Shown here piece after piece: positions 9,310 through 18,810 of a stretch of DNA of 64,000 nt. A program made the translations under genes and the position numbers. The notes beneath the pieces were generated by a model that did not search any database, was not told the DNA's origin, and saw only the letters and a program-made list of their open reading frames with translations. The stretch lies in sequence record SRR20825006_1228; one strand, 5' to 3'. The first letter of the stretch is position 1, and every line of letters begins with the position of its first letter.

Positions 9310-12300
9310 ATGTTGCTGTCGGATACCTCGATCAAGCGGCCCGTATTCGCGTCGGTGCTTGCGCTTATACTCGTGATTTTTGGCATGGTAGCGTTTGATC
9401 GGTTGCCCCTGAGAGAATACCCTGACATCGATGCGCCAATCGTCTCCATCGATACGAACTATCCAGGGGCGTCTGCCAGTGTTGTAGAAACACGGATCAC
9501 CCAAATTATCGAAGATCGCATCGCTGGTGTTGAGGGCATTCGCTACATCGATTCCAATTCGAGCGATGGCCGCTCGCGTATAAGCGTGGAGTTTGGCATA
9601 GACCAGGACATTGATGTGGCCGCGAACGATATCCGCGACCGGATTTCTGGTGTGCTGGACAATCTTCCTGAGGATACCGACCCGCCAGAGGTCGAAAAAG
9701 CCGACTCCAATGATGATGTCATTATCTGGCTGAACCTTGCCAGCGAGGCAATGACTACGCCGGAATTGTCAGATTATGCTCAGCGCTATCTTGTCGACCG
9801 GTTCTCCGCCCTGGATGGGGTGGCACGCGTACGAGTTGGTGGCTCCAGAGACTATGCCCTTCGCGTCTGGATAGATCGTAGAGCCTTGGCGGCACGCAAT
9901 CTGACCGTGGCCGAGATTGAGCAAGCATTGCGCAGTGAGAATATCGAAGCACCAGCCGGCAGTCTGGAATCGGAAAAGCGAACTTTCACGGTCCGAATTG
10001 ATCGCACTTTCAAGACGCCGGAAGAGTTCTCCGCGCTCGTGATCGCCGAAGGCGAGGACGGATATCTGGTGCGACTGGGAGACGTGGCGCGGGTTGAGCG
10101 TGGGACGGTCGAGGACCGCAACATGTTCAGAGGCAACGGCGTTCCGATGGTGGGGCTGGGCATCATCAAGCAGTCGACTGCGAATACAGTCGAGGTTGCG
10201 GCTGGAGCGCGGGAACTTGCTGACCGACTGAACGAGACGCTTCCAGAAGGCATGGTGATCGCGCGTAGTTTCGACAGTTCAGTCTTCATCGACGCCTCGA
10301 TTCGAGAAGTTTACACCACGCTTGCCATCGCAGTGGCGCTGGTGACACTGGTGATATTCATGTTTCTCGGCAGCGTCCGGGCAACCATTATCCCGGCAAT
10401 CACTGTTCCGGTCTCGATCATCGCCACTTTCATTGTGCTCTACGCACTGGGCCTGTCAGTCAACCTGCTGACACTGCTGGCGCTTGTTCTTGCAATCGGA
10501 CTGGTCGTGGATGACGCCATTGTTGTGTTGGAGAACATCGTTCGCCGCATGGAAGAAGAAGGTGAGACGCCGCTGGTTGCCGCGTTCCGCGGTACCCGGC
10601 AGGTTGGTTTTGCGGTGGTGGCCACGACGCTTGTCCTGATCGCGGTCTTCGTGCCGATCACCTTTATGCAGGGTGATGTGGGGCGACTATTCACCGAGTT
10701 CGCCCTGACGATGGCTGCGGCCGTCGCATTCTCCAGCATTCTGGCCCTGACACTAGCGCCCATGCTGGCCTCAAAACTCCTGAAACGTGAAAAGAGTGCG
10801 GGATGGCTTGCGGTTATCCCGAACGCGATAGACGGCGCATTCGGCCGCCTTCGAACAGGATATGGCTGGGTATTGGACCGACTGATCATGAGGCCGATAG
10901 CAGTTGGTGTCGTTCTGGTCGGCTTGTTTGCGGGCGCATACAGCCTGTCGCAAACGATTGAGCAGGAATATGTTCCCGTTGAAGATCGCGGGGCATTTTT
11001 CGTCAGTATACGGGGTCCTGAAGGCGCGTCCTTTGAGTATATGGAACGCTATATGGACGAAATTGAACGGCGATTGATCCCTTATGCAGAGAGCGGCGAG
11101 GTGAGTCGCCTGTTGCTGCGGGCGCCCGGATTTGGCAGTTCGTCATTCAATCAGGGTTTTGTGGTTGTGGTGTTGGATGACTGGTCCAGGCGGCGTCCGG
11201 CGGACGAAATCATAGCGGAAGTGAACGGCAAGTTATCCAACCTGCCGGGCATTAGAGCTTTCGCAATCATGCGGCAGGGACTTGGTGGTGGCACTGGCAA
11301 GCCTGTCCAATTCGTGTTGGGTGGACCATCCTACGAAGTGCTGACAGAGTGGCGAGACTTGTTGGTCACCGCGTTAGAAGATGACAATCCAGGACTGGTC
11401 GATATTGACTGGGATTACAAGGAAACCCAACCGCAATACAGGGTTCAGGTCGACTATGATCGCGCGGCTGATCTTGGTGTGACGGTGACCGATATTGGCG
11501 TCACGCTTCAAACCATGCTGGGCTCGCGACGCGTTACGACCTATATCGATGATGGCGAAGAATATGATGTCATCCTGGAAGGCCTGAGGTCTGAGCAAAA
11601 TACGCCCAACGATGTTCAGAATATCTATGTGCGATCCACACGGTCAGGTGAATTGATCCCCCTCTCCAATCTGGTCACAATTCGTCCGATTGCGGATAGC
11701 CCGACTTTGAACCGGTATAATCGCGTGCGCGCAATCACGATCGAAGCGGGGTTGGCGGAGGGTGCATCGCTGGGCACTGTGCTCGACGCCATGCAGGCCA
11801 AGGCTCGTGAAGTGTTGCCGCAAGAGGCCACATTGGACTTCAAAGGGCAGTCGCTCGACTTCAAGACGTCTGGCCAGTCCCTCATATTCGTATTTATCAC
11901 GGGTCTGGTGATCGTGTTCCTTGTGCTTGCAGCGCAATTTGAGAGCTACCGCCACCCGGTCATCATCATGCTGTGCGTGCCTGCGACATTGGCTGGAGGG
12001 ATGCTTGGTATCTGGCTGACCGGAAATTCGCTGAACATCTACACGCAGATTGGCTTGATTATGTTGATTGGCCTTGCAGCGAAGAACGGCATTCTGATCG
12101 TGGAGTTCGCGAACCAGTTGCGCGACGAAGGCCGCCCCTTTTACGAAGCCATCAAGGAAGCGTCGCTCGCTCGCTTCAGGCCAATCGTGATGACGAGTTT
12201 GACCACAGCTGCCGGTGCTCTCCCACTTATCCTGTCCAGCGGTGCAGGCGCCGAAACCCGATCGGCGATTGGTATCCTGATCCTGTTTGGAGTGATCGCC

Positions 12301-12438
12301 GCTGCGCTGGTGACCGTGTTGTTCGTGCCGACAGCCTATGCTCTGATCGCTCGAGGGTCCGGGTCTCCAGGCGATGTTGCGCGCAAGTTGGAGTCGGAGA
12401 GCCAGGGGGCGGACAAGGCCGTCATTCCAGCAGAATAG
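9310..12438 (+). CDS. RND efflux permease (AcrB/AcrD/AcrF family)
   Basis: IKRPVF N-terminus and proton-relay motifs GLVVDDAIVVLEN, KNGILIVEFA and RFRPIVMTS. 1042 aa. Confidence 0.96.
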   Translation: MLLSDTSIKRPVFASVLALILVIFGMVAFDRLPLREYPDIDAPIVSIDTNYPGASASVVETRITQIIEDRIAGVEGIRYIDSNSSDGRSRISVEFGIDQDIDVAANDIRDRISGVLDNLPEDTDPPEVEKADSNDDVIIWLNLASEAMTTPELSDYAQRYLVDRFSALDGVARVRVGGSRDYALRVWIDRRALAARNLTVAEIEQALRSENIEAPAGSLESEKRTFTVRIDRTFKTPEEFSALVIAEGEDGYLVRLGDVARVERGTVEDRNMFRGNGVPMVGLGIIKQSTANTVEVAAGARELADRLNETLPEGMVIARSFDSSVFIDASIREVYTTLAIAVALVTLVIFMFLGSVRATIIPAITVPVSIIATFIVLYALGLSVNLLTLLALVLAIGLVVDDAIVVLENIVRRMEEEGETPLVAAFRGTRQVGFAVVATTLVLIAVFVPITFMQGDVGRLFTEFALTMAAAVAFSSILALTLAPMLASKLLKREKSAGWLAVIPNAIDGAFGRLRTGYGWVLDRLIMRPIAVGVVLVGLFAGAYSLSQTIEQEYVPVEDRGAFFVSIRGPEGASFEYMERYMDEIERRLIPYAESGEVSRLLLRAPGFGSSSFNQGFVVVVLDDWSRRRPADEIIAEVNGKLSNLPGIRAFAIMRQGLGGGTGKPVQFVLGGPSYEVLTEWRDLLVTALEDDNPGLVDIDWDYKETQPQYRVQVDYDRAADLGVTVTDIGVTLQTMLGSRRVTTYIDDGEEYDVILEGLRSEQNTPNDVQNIYVRSTRSGELIPLSNLVTIRPIADSPTLNRYNRVRAITIEAGLAEGASLGTVLDAMQAKAREVLPQEATLDFKGQSLDFKTSGQSLIFVFITGLVIVFLVLAAQFESYRHPVIIMLCVPATLAGGMLGIWLTGNSLNIYTQIGLIMLIGLAAKNGILIVEFANQLRDEGRPFYEAIKEASLARFRPIVMTSLTTAAGALPLILSSGAGAETRSAIGILILFGVIAAALVTVLFVPTAYALIARGSGSPGDVARKLESESQGADKAVIPAE

Positions 12439-12516
12439 CTTTTGCTCGTTGTTACTCTGAGTTCAAGCGTAATAGCCAGTGCTCGCTTTTCTTGCGTGTC
12501 TGCTGCAACAATCCGT

Positions 12517-12531
12517 GCGGCGGTAATCAAG
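12517..12531 (+). promoter_or_regulatory. Candidate cluster-regulon box (GCGG-N7-CAAG)
   Basis: One-mismatch copy of GCGC-N7-CAAG, 80 nt upstream of the M20 gene. Confidence 0.45.
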
Positions 12532-12611
12532 ACTTGTGAGGCGCAAGAATGCTCCCTTGAATGCTCAGCTAGTGACAATTCGAAAGCAGATCATGAACAG
12601 TTGGGCCGGCC

Positions 12612-14006
12612 TTGAGTGAAACATTCGACAATCTTCCGCCCGTAAACTACGTGGTCAGCGAAGAAGAGTGCGCCGCACTATCCGCAGCTATTGATATCGA
12701 AGAGCTAACCCAGACCGCACTTGCCCTTGGGAACATTGATAGCCCATCCATGAGCGAGGCATCAGCTGCAGAGTTTGTGTTTGATTGGTTGCAAACAGAA
12801 GGTTTTGCACCGCGAAAAGTTGGCGCAACGCCTGAACGGCCGAATGTTATCGCGACTTATGGCGGCAAGGGTGACGGAAAGAGCCTCCTCTACACAGCCC
12901 ACCTTGATACTGAAAGTCCGACCTGGAATGCGGATCTGGACGCCCACAAGTTCCGTCCTGAAACGCTGGCGAACCCGGAATGGAACCAGTGCTGGCTGCA
13001 GGATGGGGCATTCCACGGCTACCCAATCTCGAATGATCGCGGGCCGATGGTGTGCTTCCTTATGGCCGCAAAGGCGCTGAAATCCTGCGGTATTGATCTG
13101 TCGGGACGGCTGTACCTTACCGCATCTCCCGGCGAGATCGGTCCTGAGCCGATCGAGGAGGCTCGCGGCGTACAGTATATGGGCAAGGAAATCGGCACGC
13201 ACTACGCGTTCTATCATGGCGGTGTGTCACCCGATTATGCGATCGCGGCCGAGGGGTGTGACTTCGGGTTGACGTGGGTTGCATGCGGTTATGCCGTATT
13301 CCGCATCCAGCTATTTGGCGAAGGCGTGTTCACACCACTTCTCGAAAGCCCAGAAAAGGCCGCTGATCACCCCAACCCGATCTATCGTCTCGGTGATACC
13401 ATCCAGTCGATTTTGGACTGGGGGCGCACTTATGAGCAGGAGAACATCTACACGTCGTCTGGCGGTGTGGCCAAACCCAAGACGCAAATCTCATCTGTCC
13501 GTGGTGGCGTTCCATATGCGTTCGGGGCCGGAACGGAAATTTGCTCACTCTATCTTGAAGTCGGTTTGCCGCCGCATGTAGAAATCGGGCAGGTCCATAG
13601 AAGCCTTGAGAGTCATTTGAGACGCCAAGGCATAGGTGAGTTCGGCCTGGAGCCAGTCGTGGTCCGGCACGGATTTGCTGCCGATGAAGAACGCGTGTCC
13701 CCGCTCGTTTCGGCTGTTGATGCTGCGACCCGGCATACACTGGGCGAGCCTCTGAAGCTCGCGCATCCTGTTTATTCGAGCATGTGGCGCGACCACAACG
13801 TCTTCAACATGAACCGCATTCCCGCCGTCACAACCGGCTTTCCACGCTGGCGTCCGACGCCAGAGGACATGGTCAAAAGCACTTTGATCTATGCGCTGAC
13901 CGCGCTGTCGATTTGTGGGCGTGCGCCCACATCCGAAAATAAAAAGCCGCTGAGCGGTTCCGATGTCTATGGCGACAACCCATTTTCGTCCGCTGGAGTA
14001 TCCTGA
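12612..14006 (+). CDS. M20 family (ArgE/DapE-like) metallo-amidohydrolase, atypical
   Basis: RPNVIA, YTAHLDT, ISNDRG, PGEIG and AAEG motifs, with a dimerisation-domain-sized insert. Confidence 0.8.
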   Translation: MSETFDNLPPVNYVVSEEECAALSAAIDIEELTQTALALGNIDSPSMSEASAAEFVFDWLQTEGFAPRKVGATPERPNVIATYGGKGDGKSLLYTAHLDTESPTWNADLDAHKFRPETLANPEWNQCWLQDGAFHGYPISNDRGPMVCFLMAAKALKSCGIDLSGRLYLTASPGEIGPEPIEEARGVQYMGKEIGTHYAFYHGGVSPDYAIAAEGCDFGLTWVACGYAVFRIQLFGEGVFTPLLESPEKAADHPNPIYRLGDTIQSILDWGRTYEQENIYTSSGGVAKPKTQISSVRGGVPYAFGAGTEICSLYLEVGLPPHVEIGQVHRSLESHLRRQGIGEFGLEPVVVRHGFAADEERVSPLVSAVDAATRHTLGEPLKLAHPVYSSMWRDHNVFNMNRIPAVTTGFPRWRPTPEDMVKSTLIYALTALSICGRAPTSENKKPLSGSDVYGDNPFSSAGVS

Positions 14007-14009
14007 CCC

Positions 14010-15356
14010 ATGAATGCAAGAATTCCTTTCAAGGCAGGCAGCCAATTGCTGGCAATGAGTTCGCTTGAGCTTTTGCTGGCCGCGGCGACATATTCTTCAC
14101 TCGGCGTGGTCCTCCCATTTATGGTGATGGATCTGGAATGGAGCTGGGCGCAGGCTGGGTTTGGATTTACGGTGCTCGGTGCAGTTACCGGCGTCGCGTC
14201 ATCTGTGCCGCCATTTCTCATCCGCCGGGTGGGGGTGCGGAACACAATCCTGATTGGTGGTGTTCTGGCCTGCATCGGTTTGTACCTTCTGCATGGAGTG
14301 GAGAGCCTGCCTCAGTACTATATGGCGGCAGCAATCTGCGGTTTGGCCTACCCCATGATGGCGTCCATCCCGACAACCTTCCTTGTGAGCCGACTGTTCC
14401 AGCGGCAATCGACCGCGCTCGGCGTGGCGGCGACGATCAGCGGAATAGGGACGGTGGTCGGGCCATTGATGGTACTTGGCGTATTGGCTCTTGAAGGTCA
14501 GACGTGGCGGAATTATTGGGAATATCAGGCAATCGCACTACTGGCTGCGGCTGTTTTGTGCGCGATCATCGTTGGTTTGGAGCGCAGATTCACTCGGCCC
14601 GCACGTGAGGAACTCGTCGCAGCAGAGGCTGAAGCGGCGGCACCGACCGTCATGCCTGACCAAGTCGAGCTGCCTCCGACACGGAGCAGTCGCCATATTT
14701 ACCGGACGACTGTGGACTGGACGACTAAAGCTGCGATGCGGACGACGCAGTTCAAGATTCTTGCCGCCGCATATTGCCTGAACATGATGTGCCTGGTGAC
14801 GGTAACCAGCCTCTCGGTGGGCCATTTGGTTGAGCGCGGTGTTTCCGAGACTGTTGCCGCAGGCATGTTGAGCATCGAGGCGTTGATCGCGGTTTTGATC
14901 CGGGCATTTTCCGGTGTTCTGGGGGATATCTTCGATCCCAAGCATCTTGTGAGCTTTGCGTTATTTGCGACGATGATTGGTTGCGCTGTGCTCGCGCTCA
15001 CAACAGATCATGTCATGCTGCTGTTTTACGCGGTAGGCACGGGTATTGGTTTCGGTACGACGCAGCTCGCGTGCACGGTGCTGCTGCTCAACTATTTTGG
15101 TCGCAAGTACAATCTCGAACTGTTCTCCGCCATGTGTGTCACCGGTGCGATCTCGGCGCTCGGACCTCTGATCGGAGGCGTAATCCGCGACGTTTCGGGA
15201 AGCTTCTCCCTCATCTTCATATTGCTGTCAGTTCTGTCAGCCGGCGTCTTCATGGTCGTGCTTTTCATGAAGCCGCCTTATCTTGAGGATCTGTCCTCTA
15301 CTGAAGGCGACCCAGTTGGCGACGCTGACATCAAGTACGGGCAGATGGCTGAGTAA
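14010..15356 (+). CDS. MFS transporter
   Basis: 12-TM pattern with a central loop and NYFGRK motif. Paralogous to 30791..32026. Confidence 0.88.
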   Translation: MNARIPFKAGSQLLAMSSLELLLAAATYSSLGVVLPFMVMDLEWSWAQAGFGFTVLGAVTGVASSVPPFLIRRVGVRNTILIGGVLACIGLYLLHGVESLPQYYMAAAICGLAYPMMASIPTTFLVSRLFQRQSTALGVAATISGIGTVVGPLMVLGVLALEGQTWRNYWEYQAIALLAAAVLCAIIVGLERRFTRPAREELVAAEAEAAAPTVMPDQVELPPTRSSRHIYRTTVDWTTKAAMRTTQFKILAAAYCLNMMCLVTVTSLSVGHLVERGVSETVAAGMLSIEALIAVLIRAFSGVLGDIFDPKHLVSFALFATMIGCAVLALTTDHVMLLFYAVGTGIGFGTTQLACTVLLLNYFGRKYNLELFSAMCVTGAISALGPLIGGVIRDVSGSFSLIFILLSVLSAGVFMVVLFMKPPYLEDLSSTEGDPVGDADIKYGQMAE

Positions 15357-15418
15357 TCTCAATAAGCTGACCAGCTTCGATCAAGCCTCGATTTCAATTT
15401 CCTCCGATGGAGTCTGCC

Positions 15419-16486
15419 ATGCCGTCAGATCGCGTACCCAATTTGGCCAGTCAAAAGTCAGTTTCGCCGAAAACAACCTGGACTAAGTGGCTGAGGCCAG
15501 ATCCGTACGCACTTGTGCTGCTGTCCGTGGTAGTTACGGCGAGCATTTTGCCATGTCGTGGAGATGCGGCGGTCGGCTTCGAGTGGTTGACCAAAGTAGC
15601 CATATTCCTGTTGTTCTTCATGCACGGTGCAAAGCTGTCTCGCGCAGCCATCCTCGGGGGTATTGGTGCCTGGAGACTCCACACACTCGTTCTGATGAGC
15701 ACCTTTCTTCTGTTTCCGGCGCTCGGTCTGCTAGTGAGCACACTGCCTAATTCTCTGGTGAGCCCTACAGTCAAGATGGGTTTCCTGTTCCTCACCATAT
15801 TGCCCTCCACGGTCCAGTCCTCGATCGCATTCACCTCCATGGCCAGAGGAAATGTAGCAGCAGCAGTTTGCACGGCATCACTGTCGAACATGCTTGGCGT
15901 GTTCATCACGCCGCTTCTGGCGGGCCTCCTGATGCGGTCTGAGCTTCAGTCGGGTGGGGGAGATCTGTTGGGGGTGATGCAGTCCATCATATTGACCCTG
16001 CTGGCCCCCTTCCTTGTCGGCCATCTCAGCAGGCCCCTCATCGGCGCATGGATTGACCGGAACAAGGGCGTTCTTTCAAAGCTCGATCGTGGCGCGATCC
16101 TGCTCGTTGTCTACACTGCATTCAGCGCGGCCGTCGTAGATGGAATTTGGTTGCGCGTATCGGGATTTGATATTGTTACGATCCTCTTCCTGAGCGCACT
16201 GGTGCTCTCAGTGGTGTTGTTCCTGACGCGCAAGGCGGCGCAAGTGGCCAGGCTGAACAAGTCGGACGAGATCACCTTGGTCATGTGCGGATCGAAGAAG
16301 AGTCTCGCAAGCGGTGTACCGATGGCTGCGGCATTGTTTGCCCCAGCCCAAGTTGGCGTCATCATACTGCCCTTGATGATATTCCATCAGATGCAGTTGA
16401 TCGTATGCGCCATGATCGCGCGGAGCTATGGCGAGCGGACTGAAATACCCGAAGAGACAGAGGTGCTTGGCGGGGCGAGCGCCTAG
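15419..16486 (+). CDS. Bile acid:sodium symporter-like (SBF-like/YfeH-type) transporter
   Basis: LFFMHGAKLS, LPSTVQSSIAFTSMARGNV, CGSKKSLASGVPMA and PLMIFHQMQL. The start was chosen from GGAG at 15409. Confidence 0.9.
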   Translation: MPSDRVPNLASQKSVSPKTTWTKWLRPDPYALVLLSVVVTASILPCRGDAAVGFEWLTKVAIFLLFFMHGAKLSRAAILGGIGAWRLHTLVLMSTFLLFPALGLLVSTLPNSLVSPTVKMGFLFLTILPSTVQSSIAFTSMARGNVAAAVCTASLSNMLGVFITPLLAGLLMRSELQSGGGDLLGVMQSIILTLLAPFLVGHLSRPLIGAWIDRNKGVLSKLDRGAILLVVYTAFSAAVVDGIWLRVSGFDIVTILFLSALVLSVVLFLTRKAAQVARLNKSDEITLVMCGSKKSLASGVPMAAALFAPAQVGVIILPLMIFHQMQLIVCAMIARSYGERTEIPEETEVLGGASA

Positions 16487-17304
16487 CCGAACTGAAAAGC
16501 CGATACGGTCGAGTTCATGACATTGTCTGAAAAGACTTTCCGGCCTGTCTCGTCATGGCCCGCGCCAGCTGCGACCATGAGTGGAAGCAAGTGCTCTTCC
16601 CGAGGATGCGAGTTCCGGCCCTGAGGTGCGTCCAGCCATCGGCTGAGCTTGACCCAGCGTTCTTCAAGATCACCTGTTTCGAGGACATCTGTCAGCCATG
16701 CGTCGAATTCAGCAGACGGTGCGGTGGCCATGGGTGTCCGGAAGGCGCGCATATTATGATAGCTCATGCCGCTGCCGATGATGAGGACGCCTTCTTCTCT
16801 CAATTGGCTGATTGCCTTGCCGACCTTCAGATGTTTTTCCGGAGAGAGGTCGCGGGTGAGTGACAGGGTCAATATCGGAATGTCGGCATCAGGGAATGCA
16901 ACCAATAGCGGCACGAACACGCCATGATCATAGCCCCGGGAACTTTTCAAGGGCGCATCAAGGCCTTGCTCCACCATCAATTCCTGAACGCGATTTGCGA
17001 GATCCGGTGCGCCCGGAGCAGGATAGTTGAGCTCATAAGTGTGAGCCGGAAACCCGGAATAGTCGTAAATCATGTCTGGCGAGGCGGCCGTGGAGACGGT
17101 GAACTCCTGTTCCTCCCAATGGGCTGATACAACCAAAAGGGCTTTTGGTTTCTCGGGCAGGCTGGATGGTATGCTTTTCAGCCATTCGGCTGTCTTGTCC
17201 CACGTATCGACCGGTCCGCCCATCAGCGTCCAGTCCATGAAAAAGCATGGGCCACCTCCATGTGGAATGAACAGGGTGGGCATTTTCGTGGAGGAAGCAG
17301 TCAT
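16483..17304 (-). CDS. Class III extradiol ring-cleavage dioxygenase (DODA/YgiD/LigB family)
   Basis: FIPHGGGP, SAHW, YDYSGFP, DHG, GSGMSYHN and HPREEHLLPL. Confidence 0.92.
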   Translation of the reverse strand: MTASSTKMPTLFIPHGGGPCFFMDWTLMGGPVDTWDKTAEWLKSIPSSLPEKPKALLVVSAHWEEQEFTVSTAASPDMIYDYSGFPAHTYELNYPAPGAPDLANRVQELMVEQGLDAPLKSSRGYDHGVFVPLLVAFPDADIPILTLSLTRDLSPEKHLKVGKAISQLREEGVLIIGSGMSYHNMRAFRTPMATAPSAEFDAWLTDVLETGDLEERWVKLSRWLDAPQGRNSHPREEHLLPLMVAAGAGHDETGRKVFSDNVMNSTVSAFQFG

Positions 17305-17363
17305 TTTCTATTCCCGATGCTGATCGATACATGGTGTCTTTAGTGCATGTGGCTGCCGGGTGT

Positions 17364-17378
17364 CTTGCTTTCTCGCGT
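17364..17378 (-). promoter_or_regulatory. Candidate cluster-regulon box (ACGC-N7-CAAG)
   Basis: Minus strand ACGCGAGAAAGCAAG, about 60 nt upstream of the dioxygenase ATG. Confidence 0.55.
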
Positions 17379-17443
17379 CCGCAAACTTGTCCGCGCCGGG
17401 GCCAATCATGTGTGAGCTCGAAACCAGTGCCGCAACTAGTTGG

Positions 17444-17458
17444 GCGCATATGAACAAG
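17444..17458 (+). promoter_or_regulatory. Candidate cluster-regulon box (GCGC-N7-CAAG)
   Basis: GCGCATATGAACAAG, 61 nt upstream of the formamidase-family ATG. Confidence 0.6.
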
Positions 17459-17519
17459 ACCAAATAGCGGGCTTGAACTCTGATCCAACCGGTAGGCGAT
17501 TTGGTTCAAGGAGTAAGTT

Positions 17520-18611
17520 ATGGCGTTGGTGGAAGAGACACGAACAAGCAAGATCAAGGTTCAGCCGGAAAATCTGCACCATTTGAAAGCGACACCGGAA
17601 ACCGTGCACTGGGGATACTTCCACCCCAACATCAAGCCAGCGCTCCGCGTTAAAAGTGGCGATCTCATTCAGGCTGAAGCGATCACGCACCATGCCGGGG
17701 ATGCTCCGGAACTGATGATGGATGAAACTGTCAAGGCAATCTGGGAGGGTGTTCAACCCGAAGATCGTGCGCCGGGTGTCCATATCATGACCGGTCCGAT
17801 CTATGTAGAAGGTGCCGAACCAGGTGACATGCTGGAAGTGCGCTACTTCCGTATGGTTCCCCGCTGCAATTACGGATCCAACCTCGCTGCGAACTGGGGC
17901 CACCTCTATCAGGAGTTCGATGAGAAGGAGCGCGTGACGATCTATGAGCTTGATCCGAATGCGAACACGGCTCACGCGCTCTATGCCTATGATTTCGAAG
18001 GAAAATATCTGATCCCCGGGACCATTACACATTGTCCTGAGTGTGACCGCGAACCTGCTTTGGTTGGCGTCCGCGTGCCGGCAAGGCCGCATTTGGGAAC
18101 TGCGGGAGTCGCGCCCGCCATTGACGAGCGTGTCAGCACAATTCCACCGGGCCTGCATGGGGGAAACATCGATAACTGGCGCATCGGAGCCGGCGCCACG
18201 ATGTATTATCCTGTGCAGGTGAAGGGCGGGCTGTTTTCGATCGGTGACCCCCATGTCAGCCAGGGCGATGGTGAGATCAGCGGCACGGCAATTGAAGCTT
18301 CACTCGACGTGCTGTTCCAGATCGTACTCCGAAAGGACTTCAAGTTTCCTTCGCCGCTTCTTGAAACCCCGGATCACTGGATTGTCCATGGGTTTGACGA
18401 AGACCTGAACCAGGCAATGAAGAATGCCTCATTGGACATGCTTCATCTGCTCACTGAGCATCAGGAGCTTAGTCGAAATGATGCCTATTCTCTGATGAGT
18501 GTCGCGACCGATTTTGGGGTCACCCAAGTCGTGGACGGCACGCAAGGAATTCACGTCAAGATTGACCGTGGCATCTTCCCTGAAAAAGGTGTTGTCAAAG
18601 ATATCGACTAG
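17520..18611 (+). CDS. Acetamidase/formamidase (FmdA/AmdA) family protein
   Basis: TVHWGYF, HIMTGPIYVEGAEPGD, PPGLHGGNID and GDPHVSQGDGEISGTAIE. Confidence 0.92.
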   Translation: MALVEETRTSKIKVQPENLHHLKATPETVHWGYFHPNIKPALRVKSGDLIQAEAITHHAGDAPELMMDETVKAIWEGVQPEDRAPGVHIMTGPIYVEGAEPGDMLEVRYFRMVPRCNYGSNLAANWGHLYQEFDEKERVTIYELDPNANTAHALYAYDFEGKYLIPGTITHCPECDREPALVGVRVPARPHLGTAGVAPAIDERVSTIPPGLHGGNIDNWRIGAGATMYYPVQVKGGLFSIGDPHVSQGDGEISGTAIEASLDVLFQIVLRKDFKFPSPLLETPDHWIVHGFDEDLNQAMKNASLDMLHLLTEHQELSRNDAYSLMSVATDFGVTQVVDGTQGIHVKIDRGIFPEKGVVKDID

Positions 18612-18810
18612 ATTGGACGTCATTGATTTATGACGATTTTATCCAGTTGAACGCAGTATTCAGGCGAGGCTTGATCAGGACTGCTCGACTTTTAGGCAGT
18701 CGCAGTCGTCAACCGGATCGGCATGGGCGGGATGCGTTGACCGACGGTACGGCAAACTGAGGATCAAAGATGTTGATGGCTGGGTGCCATAATCCGATCG
18801 GAGCCAATCT

